From NCBI GenBank assembly GCA_047967505.1, contig CM106538.1: a stretch of DNA of 64,000 bases. The stretch is one strand, 5' to 3'. This document shows, piece by piece, positions 1-12,839 of this stretch. Within the stretch, counting starts at the first letter, position 1. Each line of letters begins with the position of its first letter. Under the pieces are notes generated by a model that did no database searches, had not been told where the DNA came from, and saw only the letters and a list, made by a program, of their open reading frames with translations. Position numbers and translations under genes: made by a program. The stretch comes from Dipteris shenzhenensis. Taxonomy: Eukaryota.

Positions 1-3000
1 TCTTGGCATAGCAATAAATCTACAATAATAGCCTGTATGATCAATAAATATATGTACATTGTTTGCATTTATAGGGGACGGTGGCTTCAGGATGAGCTTG
101 ATCTTGTTGTAATCCCTAGAAATCTTGTTCTTGGATACAACATGACCTAATATTACCTCGTGCTTAACCCAAAATTGACACTTAAGAGGATTCAAGGAAA
201 TCCTGTAGACATGGCACCTCTTAAAGACTACTCTAAGGTATTTGAGGTGGTCCCATGTGGAATGCATGCATACGTCATCCAAGAACACCTCTAGGAAGTC
301 TCTCAAATACTCCTCAAAGGATGTGATCATCGAGAAGATTTGGAATGTGGTGGGAGCAAAGAGCATCACCTTGGAAGAGTAGACTCCCCATTCCATGGTG
401 AATGATGTCTTATGATGATGTGCTGGAGCTATGGTTACTTGGTTGTGCCTAGAGAATCTGTCAAGAAAGATGTAGGCTTCTTTTCTTGTGACTCTCCACA
501 ACTAACGAATTATTAAAAGTGTAATTTCATGAAACTAGGCAAGCAATAACATTTACAAAAACACCTGTCATTGCTGCTTGATTAGCTCCCTTAGCTTTGG
601 TTCCTTGGCTTGCATGGAGCTTTGGTCCCGGCGCTTGCATCTGGTTCTTGCGCATAGGACAAGCGTTCCGTGTGTGGTCCCGCTCCTCACAAATAAAACA
701 TCGTCCTTCTTTCTTTAACTTGAGGGTGTGTAAGAAATGGACTCTACCATTCTTTGTCTGAGTCAAGTTCTTCTTGGAGGCATTGTCAACTGACTTCGAC
801 TCCCCTGTACCAGTTGGTGACTGGAAAAAGAACTTCCTCTTGTTCTTCCCACTCGTGTCGGCAAGAGTGGCTCCCTTTGCGCTGGCCATGATATCATCAT
901 AGATGCGCTCATAGTTCATGGCCTCTTGCAAAGTGGTACATTTGTTGTTCTTGCTCTGAAGTTTATACGAATCAGGCAAGCCATCCACAAAGAAGCCCAA
1001 TAAAGTGACAGGGTCCATATTTGTAGCTCTCATTTGCAAATCACGAAACTTCTGAAGATAAACTTTAAAAGTCAAATTCTATTTGGACATATCGAGGCCT
1101 TAAGCTTGCCTACGATGTCATAATCCTCCTCTTTCTTCAAAAATTATTTCTTGAAGACCTCTTCAAATTCTAAACAGGTGGAGGGCTTTGGCCGCAGTTC
1201 CTTCCTCCAAAGTAATGCTTTTCTACATAAATACCCTGCTGCAAGTTGCATCTTCTTTTCACGAGGATAGGGGTGAAATGGAAGTGTACTTGCCACTTGT
1301 GTAACCAAGTGTCGACCACTTCCTTGGTCTTGGACTCTTGATCTCTGGGATAGGGATCTAGTGTAATATTCGGACCCAACACTGAAGCTAAAGCATCAAC
1401 ATGTGTAAGTGCTTGGACAATGCTGGTCAAGAGCGTGATAGAAGTCTGAATCCCGTGTCAACCCCCTATGATTCGTATTAACCAGTTCAAACTTTGCGTC
1501 AAGACCAGATGTGAATTCACTGAAAGCAGTCTTTGTAACTAGGTCGTCATAAAGACCCTAGTCGTCCCCTCCTTGGTAATCCATGCCATGATCACCTTTT
1601 CAAAGCCTAGGTTTCGTCGAATCAGCCATGAGTGAATCGTGGCAAAGAGAGCACTGAAAACTGAATTCGGAGGAGAAAAGTCTAGGAAAGAGGAAGCAAT
1701 AGATGGATTCGAGAGTAGGAGTGAGCAGCAAACGAGGGACTGCCACGGGAATAAGAGAAGGGGGGAAAAACGGCAAGGCTAGATGGAGAAGGGACGGCTG
1801 ATCCGAACTGTCAAACAGTAGCAAACCAGCCCTGGCTGACGTGATTCGGTAGAGAAGGCGGTTGAGGAGAATATTTGGCCCGCAATTCTTCGGGCTGGTG
1901 GAGGGAAGGGATCTGCTATGTCATAGGCTAGGTGAACCCTGGCTTTTAGAAAGCCAAGCTTTTGAGAAAAGCCCATCCGCCTAACTTGGAAGGCCTTGTG
2001 CTTTTTTTTAGCTTCCAAGCCTCGAACCCTGCTCAGCCCAATCCTGATCCGACAAGCTCCTATGGCGCACCTCCTCTTGCCCTCTTCTATCAGCGCTAAC
2101 CTTATTACACTCAGCCAAGTGGGTGCCCGTGGTCTCCCAAATTCCGCCATAGCCTAGCGCTTCACTTTGGTAGCCCTACCCCATGCAATCCTCTCGCCAT
2201 GAGATTCTCTCCACTCCGATTTCCTAGCTGCGAATCTTTCTCTTCTTGATCTTTTAGCAACTCTTCTTGACTGACCCTACTTCACAACGGCTCCCTGGGC
2301 TCTCTCACGCATCCCTTCTATCCCAATCCAGACAAGCAATAACCTGTACTGATGAATCCACAAGCCTTTGCAGGATATCCCAAGAAATTTCAAATTTGAA
2401 TCATACCTGGAGGAGATCACGTCCACGCTTTTTCGCAACAGAGATTCATACCTCAGGAGTTGGCTCTGATACCAATTGACACGACCCCAGCACCCCTGAA
2501 ACCTCTGATCTGCAAGCAAACACAAGAACACACAAAACATGAGGAATCCAAGCAAGCTGCTCACCACCCAACCATGACATCTGCGGGATAAGACCCCGAA
2601 TCGTGAGATGTCCCCTCCGAGCCACGAGCTGAGCTACTGGCACAAACTCCTAACCAGATCTTGACCAGCCTCGTGTCCCATACCACTAGGTGGCACCTTG
2701 GAACTGCTACTGGACCTTGGTCTACGCTAGGATGCAAGCGCGCATCCGCGACTCGATCCAAGATCAAACCTAGCACTAGGGAACTAGACTTGTTTCCCTC
2801 CGCTCCTGAAGACTGAACCTTTGGGCCCCTTTTATAGACTCGGGCCCAATGCGCCAAAAATAGCGGAGACCTCGATCTGGCTCGTACCCTTGCCACTCAA
2901 CCCGAGAATCAAGCCTGCCTAGCCCTAAGCCTTCCCAGGCTACCTGAGCTAGTCTTGTGTACCACAATACACATCAGAGACCAATCCATGCACATGACAG

Positions 3001-3214
3001 CTAGCCTAGTCATTTCGAAATCCATCTTCTTGCATAGTCTTGGATACGAAGATCCCAACTATGTGATCTTCTTCTGCCACACCTCTATTGGAGTTCCATC
3101 TGCCATCTTACCCATATTGGCATAATCAGATGGGCAAGTTTTCAGTTTCAACCTTCTCAATAACTTGAATTTAAAACATTGTGTCTTGACCTAGGGTCGA
3201 ACAATACAGTTACA
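1..3214 (-). mobile_element. Decayed Ty3/Gypsy LTR retrotransposon, 5' part (LTR, PBS, gag, RT fragment), continuing off the window start
   Basis: On the minus strand: PBS TGGTATCAGAGC at 2463-2474 next to an LTR end (...CA at 2477); gag with a CCHC knuckle (CFICEERDHTRNAC, ORF 527-1075); RT remnant with VFLDDV at ~271-288 and LNPLKCQF...ILGHVVS. No protease is seen between gag and RT, implying an internal deletion. The distal LTR end (TGTAAC at 3214) is tentative. Confidence 0.8.
2463..2474 (-). promoter_or_regulatory. Primer-binding site (tRNA-iMet) of the Gypsy remnant
   Basis: gctctgatacca on + is TGGTATCAGAGC on -, 2 nt from the LTR terminal CA. Confidence 0.85.
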
Positions 3215-3912
3215 CTATAATCCCTTTCATCTTTATTAATACATTTTCAGTAAAGGCTGAATACCCTGTACCTACAAGTTTTTAAAAGAGGAGAACGAGT
3301 TTACAAGTGGAAACACTCTGCATATCATACTACTTTATGCATATTGGAATTCCTATATGTGTCGAGCAATTTACAAATATTCAGAAACAGAAGGATGCTT
3401 CTTTTGCATGGCTGACCACAATTGTTTTATATCCTGCATAGCAAAGACTGGCTGGGCACTATTATTTTTTGTTTGTGTTTTAGAGGTTTCTCAGTTTTGA
3501 AATGTCATTTTCTGGTAGAGCTTTCGCATTAGTTTTGCAAATGGATTTCAGATCAGACCTGTTTTTTCTTGTAGAAGGGACAATGTATGGAGATATATGA
3601 ATATTCTTCAGGATGGCCTGCTATCTGTTCAGAAGAATGGAACCAATGGTCCAATGTGAACTATTATCTGGTTTTGAGATCTACTTACTCTGTTAGCTTT
3701 TTGCCTAGGAACATTGCATACTTAATTCTTGGCTAATTACAGTAATAGGCAAGCATATATCTAGAAGATTTTTGCAATTTTATTATTTCCTGTGTATATT
3801 GTTTATACATTTTGTTGCAAAGAAAAGCTGGTTTTTCTCACATATTTGCACAATTGATACATTTTGCAGAATGACTGGTCTTACTGTGTTAGACTTGCAC
3901 ATGTATCTCCAG

Positions 3913-4128
3913 GTCTCATGGATAAGGAATGAAGCAGACATGAATCAATTTGTCTGGGGGACACATAGGCCTTGGGTGCCTCGACCTTTAGTAAACATTC
4001 ATGTGAGACAAGGAGATAAAGCTCGTGAGATGAAGGTTGTTGGTTTCAAAGACTACATGAAACTCGCTCAGCAATTACGCAATCAGTTTCCTCATGCACG
4101 GAATATATGGCTTTCCACAGAAATGCAG
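3913..4128 (+). CDS. Penultimate exon of host gene: plant alpha-1,6-fucosyltransferase-like (GT23-like) protein
   Basis: cag|GTC ... CAG|gt boundaries, 216 nt, phase 0. Encodes VSWIRNEAD...PRPLVNIHVRQGDKAREM...IWLSTEMQ; HVRxGDK is the fucosyltransferase GDP-fucose-binding motif. Joins in frame to exon 24855-25136. Upstream exons were not found in the window. Confidence 0.85.
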
Positions 4129-4299
4129 GTCTCCTTATTTTGTCTTTCCTCCTTCTTCAGATGTATATTTTGTCTTTCCTCCTCTTTCAATGGGTTGTGG
4201 AACAATTCTATTCCTTGTCTTGAAGAGAATTCAGTAAGCAGGTCATTAAGAAAGAGTAGATTGCATAGGTGTAGTTGCTGAAAGTTGCCACGTTAATAA

Positions 4300-6300
4300 A
4301 TACGAGCATGTGTGGGTCCCAGTTTGTGGTGCGCTGGAGATTGCTTACATGTGACAGATCATATTTCCATTGTACACAGGAGATTTTACCCCAATGACAA
4401 AGTTAGTTTCTATTGTAAAATGGCTAATTCATGAACTTGTTGCATTCAGACGACCATGCTCAACTAATGATCAAATGAGGCTGGCTTAAACTACTGCAGA
4501 AGTTGAATATCCTGTATATTTCAATAAAGACGCTGCAGTTAAATTGCAACGCCTCTGCTGCTGATGCTGTAAACATACGGTAATGCAGTCCTCCCAGAGT
4601 GCTGCTGGAGTGGATGCTATGAGTGCACTGGGTGTTAAAGTTGGCCTGTATTAAAGACTTGCTAAGCAACCTACGTGCCTGATCCCCTACTATGCATTTA
4701 GTATGGACTGGTTGACTAGGCTCACCTAGTCTAAATGAATTGAAAAGGTCTGTCGAGTTCCCTAGAGCTCTTTTTGAGAATTCACCATGAGTAGAGTGCT
4801 CAAGTGTTGTGGAAGTGATGAAATGATCAACAAGACGACCAAATGTATGCTCGAACAAACCCAATATAAGCGGTAAGTTGGATGGCTGCATGAAAATGTC
4901 AGCTAGATTGGCACTCCTGGTGGTGTAATCTCCCTGAAACATCTTATTGTATGTCCCTTTTTACCTAGTTGGCCAGCTATGGTTTGCTAGTGGCGATTGG
5001 TGAAATGGGTAGGCAAACAAGGGATGATTAGAATAGGAACGTTAATGGATCGTACCAAGGCCAAACACTTCACTCCTTTGGAAACCTTCTTCTTACAGCT
5101 TGTGGAAGACCTTGAGAGGGCGCTTCCCTCTTGCTATCCACACCTCACAAAGAAGTAGACTATTAGTAATACCAAATGCTTAAGAAAACCCATTCAAGAT
5201 GTAGGTTATAGCACCGGGCATGCTTCCTAACCACTTGTTTCAAGCTTTATGAAAAGAGCCTCTATCCTTTTGAGCTGACTCCCTAAGTAACTTTGGTGCA
5301 TCGACATGTTGGGGTGATGACAAGCACATACAATCGATATTGGTATAGTCCCCAAGGTTTCAAGCTGCAATAAGTGATCCTCTTAGCACACTAATTGTGA
5401 AAATGGTAACATTTTATTATGCTATGCCTCCAATCAGCATATGTCTTGAAGTCAATGAAAGTGGTTCTGATACCAATTGGGAATTCAGAATGTGTGTTCA
5501 GCACTTGCGTAATTGTCTACCGCAAGGAGGCGTTCAACCCCTCTATCTGAGTGAGATGCGGGTATAGAGAGAGACTATATTGAGACAGATCGGACAGCAA
5601 GATGCCACAGTGCCATAGTAGACAGAGAGATTGGACACATTGAGATCTCACAGATTTCTACGCATTTGAGTCAGCCCCAGGACACGATGGACTAGAGGAG
5701 GAGGTAGCTGATATGAGGGCAGAGTGAATTAGCGGGAAGAGACAACGTGGAGCTGCGAAGCCAGAGACATAGAGACCACACATGATGCAGCGGGTGATCA
5801 GAGCACGCACAATAGAGGTCGAATCCATCTCAGCCTTACTCAACGGGGAGCCCCAGAGTCAAGGTCTCACTCTTAATATGGCTACCTGGATACGCAGATC
5901 ACCCCTCCTCACCCACCCGCCCCCTTGCAGCGTTAGACAACACAATAGAGGGAGATGTACGATATCTTTGCATCCCACTGGAGAGCTACCATGGCACAGG
6001 ATTAAATGACATTTGATCCGATCTCTTGGATTTCTGAGTTTTTTTGCATTCTTTTGTGTTTCGAGTAGTAGTTTTGAGTTTCCTAGTATAGCACTCAGCA
6101 AGGGCCTTAGCGAGCCCTTTGCCTCAGCCCATAGTGGCTTGTATGAGTTACTTCTCTTGATTGCACCTTTTCTCATAGGCCCATGAGGCCTCCCGAAGAT
6201 GTATATACATCTTTGTGTGTGTGTGGTGGGGTAGACACAGGGCCCTCTCATCCCATTTGAGGCAACCTCATAGTATCATGGCTCTAGGCCACATCATGAC
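4300..6300 (-). mobile_element. Decayed LTR retrotransposon remnant (LTR + PBS + degraded internal sequence)
   Basis: PBS-like TGGTATCAGAAC on - at 5464-5475, preceded by ...CA-AT as in the first element. The internal region is too degraded to classify, and the boundaries are approximate. Confidence 0.5.
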
Positions 6301-7515
6301 GCTCTTGTGTCCATCATCTTGAGGTAAACAAAGTACGATATTGGTAGATCTTTGATATTTCACCACGATTTTTGATGGAACCCCAATTGAGCCCACGTTG
6401 AATTCAGTTCATATGCAGTGCCATTTGATGGTCAGTAACGAATTACAGACTTAAGGCCAAAGGACAAGCTGCAAATTGAATTGCATGGGAAAATTTGACA
6501 CACAAAGAGCATTTCAGTGGCCAGTTATGTGATAAGAGAGGGAGGATCAAATCAGCTGAAGGACAATAGGTGGCCGATCCAGAGCCAGAGTCTTGGAAAG
6601 TTAAAGTTGCTACAGACTAGAACTACTGAAGAAACCCTATTTTTGTCAAAGGGTGACATAGGCTAAAATTAATGCAACATCATCTTGCAGAGCTGAGATG
6701 CCTGCACTCCTATCTTGGCTAGAAAAGCAGAGATGGGAGGATTTGGCAGAGATAGAGACCATTGGAAGGGCACATGTCTTGGAGAGGGAGTCGTGTTATT
6801 TCACACAATGAGATAACAAAAATATCCAACACCACTCTGATGCAGCTGTATCAGAACCGAGTGTGCAAACTAAAAGATAAATTCAAGACTATGTGCACAC
6901 AATGAGACAAACAGAAACATGCAGCACCACCAGGGGAAACTGCCAAGACTCTTGCAATTACAGGTGAACATTTCAAGTAGACAGCAGCAGAACAATCTCA
7001 TAAATTGAAGTCATATGACGCAGAAGACATGTATCTCATGATGCTACTAGGGCCTAGAAATAAGGGCTCGACCCTTGTAGGATTGTATTACTTGCTAGAG
7101 AAGAATTTGATACAAGGAAGCTGCAGTAGAAGTTAGGATATGATATTGAGTGGTCTCTAATAGCACGCTTTTATAGACTGGTGCTTGGGTGCTTCTGCTT
7201 TTTCCAAAAGCACTTTTCCCAAGTTTTATTATAAAGCTCTTTCCTAACTTGAGTTTTTTTGCTAAAGATGGGCTCCCAAAATTGGGCCTTCTCCATAAAA
7301 AACTAGGTGCCCAACTTTAATTGTTTTCCCCCTTAAAATAGGGATGAATCTACCACTCTCCAGCGCAATGCAAAGAAAAAAACTATTGGAGCAACAATAA
7401 CCCATTAATTGTTAGCTAATGCATGTATACTTGTACTCTTGACTAATCCTAGGTCTCTATGTGCATCCCCACCAAGTGTCTCTTGTTGACCAAGGTTAAC
7501 TCTCTTTGACCGTAG

Positions 7516-9155
7516 TTAAAATAAAATATTTCTCTTTATTTTCTTGGAATAAAATACAATTCCGTGATAGTGTACTCCACCTATGATGGCTATCTTCTTC
7601 TCCCTTGATCTTCCTCTACCTCCCCCTCTCCCTTCCCTCTTGTTCCCTACATCAAACAAGAGCACATTGAACATGTCAAACAACCGTTGTGGGACTTCTA
7701 TGTAGTATGGCCAGGTGGTCACACTTGTAAGATCCATTATGATGGACATGTATCAAAACAAAGGTGCATATCAACAGATTTTGTGAAGACCATTTTTGAA
7801 CAGTTGGTTGTCTTCTAGAGATGATATTGAAAACTCAAAGATAAGTATTTGTAGCTTTACAACATTATGAAGGGAATGAGGATTAGCGGACATATTTGTT
7901 AGTGGAGCAGCTTGGCCATCAGTGACTATTGGAGCCATGGACGGCCCAAGAACATCGGGTATGCCCCTTTTATTTCTTTCATCCATAGCATGACTACTGT
8001 GGTTATAAATGTAAACTCCGTTGCGAAGGTTGTCAATCCGCAGATAAGGCCCATAAGCTAGCTGCACTTTCAGTTGATCCACCGTCGGTTCCCAATTGTC
8101 TACACGTACCTAAGCCCCAATCGAGCCGGAGCTGACTGGCCCTAGTGAAGGTGGTATGAGTGCCCCACCACATGTCCATGGTTCTAGCATTGGTTGGAGA
8201 TGTTATGTGGCACCCGTACCATCTTCGAAACTGCGAGCTCTAGCGACGGACTCCTCCTTAGTCAACGTCTCTGCTGTCTTGCTTGATTTGCTCATGGCAC
8301 TTTGCCTCTTCGTCTTCCGAATCACTATCATGCGAATCGAAGGATCCGGATTCGTCATTGGATTTTGTTGGCTTTGAGTTTGACTTGCCCGAACGTTTCA
8401 CTTTATGCACTAGTACTTGTTTGGCCCGAATCACCATTGCTCCAAGGTCAATTTCGCAATGGCTGTAGATGCCACATAACCTTTTAGATGTTGAGATAAA
8501 CCATGAACAAAATATGAATTTAAAACCTTAGAATCTGGTTCATTGGCTACTGGTAGCCGCCACAAGAGATGCCGGGACTTGGTTGCATATTCGTCGCGAT
8601 TGATAGGTCCTTTTGGTCCATCTAGCCTAACTTTTCCAGGACGTGGACGGCAGTCTTTTTCCCTGATATTGCACCAAGAAGGCGTCGCAGAGCATCATAG
8701 GTGTTGAAATGTTCATTGCCCAAACCACCACCACTTTTTGAAGTGTAGAAACGAGTGCCGGCTTCTGTATTGCAGCCATAGCATTGTTTGACCTGCCATG
8801 CATTCTCAAACAAAATAACACAACATTATCATCATCCCATAACTGCCTGGAAAACTTTGGGTACTTTATCGTCATGACTGTTTGCTGAGGCTACACGTGT
8901 GGGCAACGTAGCGATGGAATTGTATCGGTGAAGGATAAGGCTGTGATGGGACTGGGATTTTATAGACGCATGCGTAGAACGGAAACGATGTAAGAGGGTC
9001 GTCAGTGGAATGGTTTTGGGACGAAGTGTTGCTGCTTGTATCACCGCTCGATTGGAGTGCAAGGGCACGTTGCTCAACCCAATGGTTATAGTGCTCGTCA
9101 CACGCAAACATCCATTCGAGTTCTGTTTGCTATCATGTGGTTGCGAAGGTGTCAA
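7516..9155 (-). pseudogene. Decayed gene of unknown function (possible element cargo)
   Basis: ORFs 7771-8082 and 7516-7749 share a frame and are separated only by TGA codons. The frame extends upstream through further stops and a frameshift into an acidic stretch (SFDSHDSDSEDEE). More fragments lie at 8622-9155. No recognisable domain. Confidence 0.4.
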
Positions 9156-10169
9156 CGGGGTTTTATGCCGCTAACAAGGTTGTGCTTTCGTCCGAACATC
9201 AAAATCGTTCGGGAAACAAGGGTCACATTGCAGGAAAGAAGATTGACACAGAATTTCATAGAAAAAGACAAGCGAATAGAATGCACAGTGAAATACTCAA
9301 TATCTACACAAAAAAAGTCCTCTGATCACACACACTATTTCAGTTTCGAAATCAACAGAGACAATAGAATATTGTTTATGACTTGATGCGAGCGATGGAC
9401 AATCGACTAATATAGTAGGTGATCGCTTGCAAAATAGGAATAGATAACCCTTATAATTGAGCATCAAGCTCCTTTAAAAGCTATCCTCTCACGCTCAGCC
9501 AATGGCCAACCTTTTGAATTAGGATGCCAGGCGTACAAGGATTAAAGCTAAAACACTTAATTACATTGTTGAAGATTACAAATGGTAATCCCTCTTAATG
9601 ACCCGTGCAATTGGGTCCTTCAAAAATGCACTCTATTGCACTTTGAAATACCCGATGATCCGTCGGACGGTCAGCTGTGTACGTATCCGCCCAACAGCGA
9701 CCCATTACTTGGGTATAGAACGTGACATTGGACACTCGTAGTCAGGGTGGTCTGTGCCATACTCGTGTAGCATCCTCTTTTATTGAAACAATGAGAGAGA
9801 GATCATTTATTGAAAGAGAGAGAGAGAGAGAGAAAGAGAGAGACTAGGATATCATGTTCAGTAGGATAGTGAATTTTTTGCGACAAAGGAAAATCTAGAA
9901 AAGGTATGGTAACAACAGTGAAGCAGAAGTAAGGGAATTGGCTCAATATCGAGCTAGATAGTTGAGAAGTGGCTTGGCAGTGATCCAATTGGCTGCAACG
10001 TGGCTTGGCAATGAGAAAGAAAGAAAGAAAGAAAGTTTATTAAAGTCTTCGGAAGACCGATGGGTCTATGAGACTGTGAAAATCCTGATACAACAAGCTG
10101 TGGTAGTGGAGCTACTAAAAGAGCGTCCATACCAATGCAAAATGCAAAAATGCAGAATGGCAGTACTAA

Positions 10170-11130
10170 GTCCTAAGTACAACATAGTCATGTCGATGGT
10201 CGACTATATATCAGTCTCAGCATCGTCATCAATATCCTCATCATCATCGGCAACAGCAAGATATCAAGATGGATGAGGCAGTGGAGGCATGAAGTCGGCA
10301 ATAGAGTGTTGTCAGTCACTCAGAGGTGCGGTCCTGGCACGTCTCCTGGTCATAGCTCCGCGTCTGACCAGGGCTACTGTGACCCCCGTCGGTATCACAG
10401 GCTCCGGGTCACGGTCATGCCGAGGCCTCGTCTTGTGGAGGTCCACGTGATCAAGCTGAAAGAACTCCGTGATAGAGCCCTGAGAGGGATCAGTCAAGGA
10501 AGAAGTCTGCTCCTGTCTCCGTGCTCGAAGTATCCTCTCACGGTGTCTTAAGTGCCTCATGAATGAAACCTACCAAACACTGCTGGTCAGGGTAGGAGAG
10601 GAAACAGGCCAAAACCCCATAACTGTCTCTGAAGAGGCAGTGGAAACGCCCTCGGATCTCATAGTACATAGGACACCTGAAGATGAAATGCTCCTCTGTC
10701 TCAACTTCCTGCATGTCACATAGTATGCATATGCGCCTCTCCCTAGGTAGTCGCTCTGCTCTACCACTCTCGATGCGAAGTCTGTGTGAAGAGACCCGGA
10801 ACTACCCACCACCCCAAGAGATATCCTCGGCGAGTGGGATAGGTGAATCTACGTGTATCCTGGTGGGTCAATGAAACCCTCCGCTGTCACATGTAAGAAG
10901 TGATCTCTGTAAAAGCTAAGCTTCACTGGGAGTTCACTCGGTCCCAACGAGGTCCGAAATATGTGTAGCTGTAATAGATCCTCACGGATAACCTGGTTGA
11001 CCTTGTGTGATAAGAGGGGAGAAAATGGAGCATCCATGTTGTACTGGAAGGGAGGTAGTCTATCCATGTCGAGCCCCAATCGCTCAAACCATCTCTTTGT
11101 ACGTGCATATCAGCACCTCCGGTCTCCTTC
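10170..11130 (-). pseudogene. Decayed ORF of ~300 codons, unknown function (possible element cargo)
   Basis: ORFs 10849-11079, 10570-10812 and 10312-10560 are in one frame, separated by single stops. It has an acidic C-terminus (DDEEDIDDDAETD) and a plausible cttgcag acceptor near 11130. Confidence 0.45.
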
Positions 11131-11400
11131 TGCTGCAAGGTTGTCAGAAATGATGCAGAAGATTGATGTTCGATTGCATTGTAAGCAAATCTATTGTCAT
11201 TCCACTTCGAGCGAACGACGAGGAGATGTATTTCAGAAATGTATAAATAATAAATCAAAACGCAATTGAGCCAGAAGCATGCAACTGTGACAGGAAAAAT
11301 CCAAACCCAAAGCTGCATTGCATGTACGACAAAAGTTCCAGCACCATTTGCAACTTCATTGGATCCCTTTTTTCGAAGGCACAAATGTTTATTTTTTGGG

Positions 11401-12688
11401 TCAAATTATGTTCCTACGCTTTAGGAAATAGTACTTCCGCGCTCTGGCCAGATGGCCCTCAAGCGTGTTGTAACCTAATGGACCTACTGTGTTGTGGCTC
11501 CTTATGTAGTACTGCTCTAAAGTTCGTGCTTTGTCTACAGTGTCTGTTGTTTCCAAAACTTTGATTTCGAAATTTTCTTCGAAGGGCTTGTAATGTTGCA
11601 AGTCCTCTTTCATTTTCGCCGGTGGTTTTTTATTGTGCTGTTTGATCCTCCGCGGTAGGTCCGTCGTGCTCCCTATGTACTTTCTGTTGTTGGGCTTGCA
11701 CGTGATGCAGTAGACGACGAGGCTCGCGCGATTCCCTTGCGCGGGTGCTTCAGTGGAGGCTCCTCCTTCATCTCGAGGCTCGCGTCTTTCAATGTCGTAC
11801 CTGCGTAAACATTGACAATTACGTTAGTCATCGAGGTTTTCGGTCTTTTTTTTTTCGTTTGACGTCCATAATAGAATGCATTTATTTACTTGCCCTGGTT
11901 TTTCTGTGTTGCCGTGAAAGGATCGTTTCCAATACCGAAGCGCTCCTCGTATAAGTCCCTGTCGAAAATATACGTAAGCTTCTCCATTGTCGTCACCGGG
12001 TGCGTCGCGTCGTGTGTCCCTCCAAATTGTTCCATGAATTGTTCGAGTATAGCCGTTGCTTGATTGCGCGTCGTGTCCCTCAGCAACTCCAAGGATACGT
12101 TGTACCCGTAATGCAGCAACTCGCACGCATACGCTGCGATCCCTTTCGTCTTCGTGTCTAGTAGCTTCTGCCCCTCCAAACTTTCCATCATCCTATCGGT
12201 CTCATCGAACTCAATGTCAAGCTCGACAAGGATCTCTTTGAAGAGTCCTGCAGGAGAAGTGCAATCCAGGATGAGTATGTTGTTCTTGCAACTCGTTAAT
12301 TCTGTTTCTCAACTGTTGCGGTTTTTTTTAATTTTCGGAAGCATTACGCACCATTTGCGAATCTCAAGCCTCCCGGCTCTCTTTTAGCTGGCAAACGCCT
12401 ATTGCAGTTGTCAATGAAGTCGCGTAGTTCCGCATACGTGTTGAAGCCGTTGATGTAAGCTCCCGGACGTTCTCCTGCATTGTTTGCTAGCCGGAATTGC
12501 TTTGTGGTTAGGAAGAACCTCCTCTTTGCTGGTGGAGGTTTTGTTGCCTTCGCGTTGCTTTTGTATAGCGCAAATAGCTGCTTGCAGGCACGACTTATTA
12601 CACTGTCTTTTCAAATGAGCCGTCTTTTTAAATCTTCAAGAAAAAAAGATTCTTTCATGCTGGTGGAATTTACCTTGTCTGCGTCCAT
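11401..12688 (-). CDS. Spliced 332-aa protein with C-terminal GIY-YIG endonuclease domain (exons 12688-12674, 12577-12352, 12247-11890, 11800-11401)
   Basis: Three GT-AG introns (12673-12578, 12351-12248, 11889-11801; 96, 104 and 89 nt; GACTAAC branch site in the last) have compatible phases (0, 1, 2) and give a 999-nt stop-free CDS. The last exon encodes LVVYCITCKPNNRKYIGSTTDLPRRIKQH...ARTLEQYYIRSHNTVGPLGYN, containing the GIY/YIG, Arg, His, Glu and GYN-Asn elements. Confidence 0.75.
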
Positions 12689-12839
12689 GTCTTATGCTGC
12701 AATGTCCCGAGCTTTATGATTCTCTGCACCTGTTCTCGACAACAGACAAGATATTAAAACCATTTTCCTTGCACGCATGTTTGACACAACATATTCATGA
12801 CTTGCCTCTGCCTTTTTCAATCTCTGGTAGTGAATACCT

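Noticed and set aside
3772-4281. 169-aa ORF as a complete gene
   Set aside because: Only 3913-4128 is exon; the rest is intronic readthrough.
9648-9716. Hammerhead ribozyme (CCGATGA followed by a stem)
   Set aside because: The core is CCGATGA rather than CTGATGA, and no GAAA follows the putative stem II.
11401-11720. GIY-YIG domain as part of a Penelope-like retroelement or a group I intron homing endonuclease
   Set aside because: No reverse transcriptase or pseudo-LTRs nearby and no organellar/rRNA host context; the gene has spliceosomal-type introns and sits behind RepHel.
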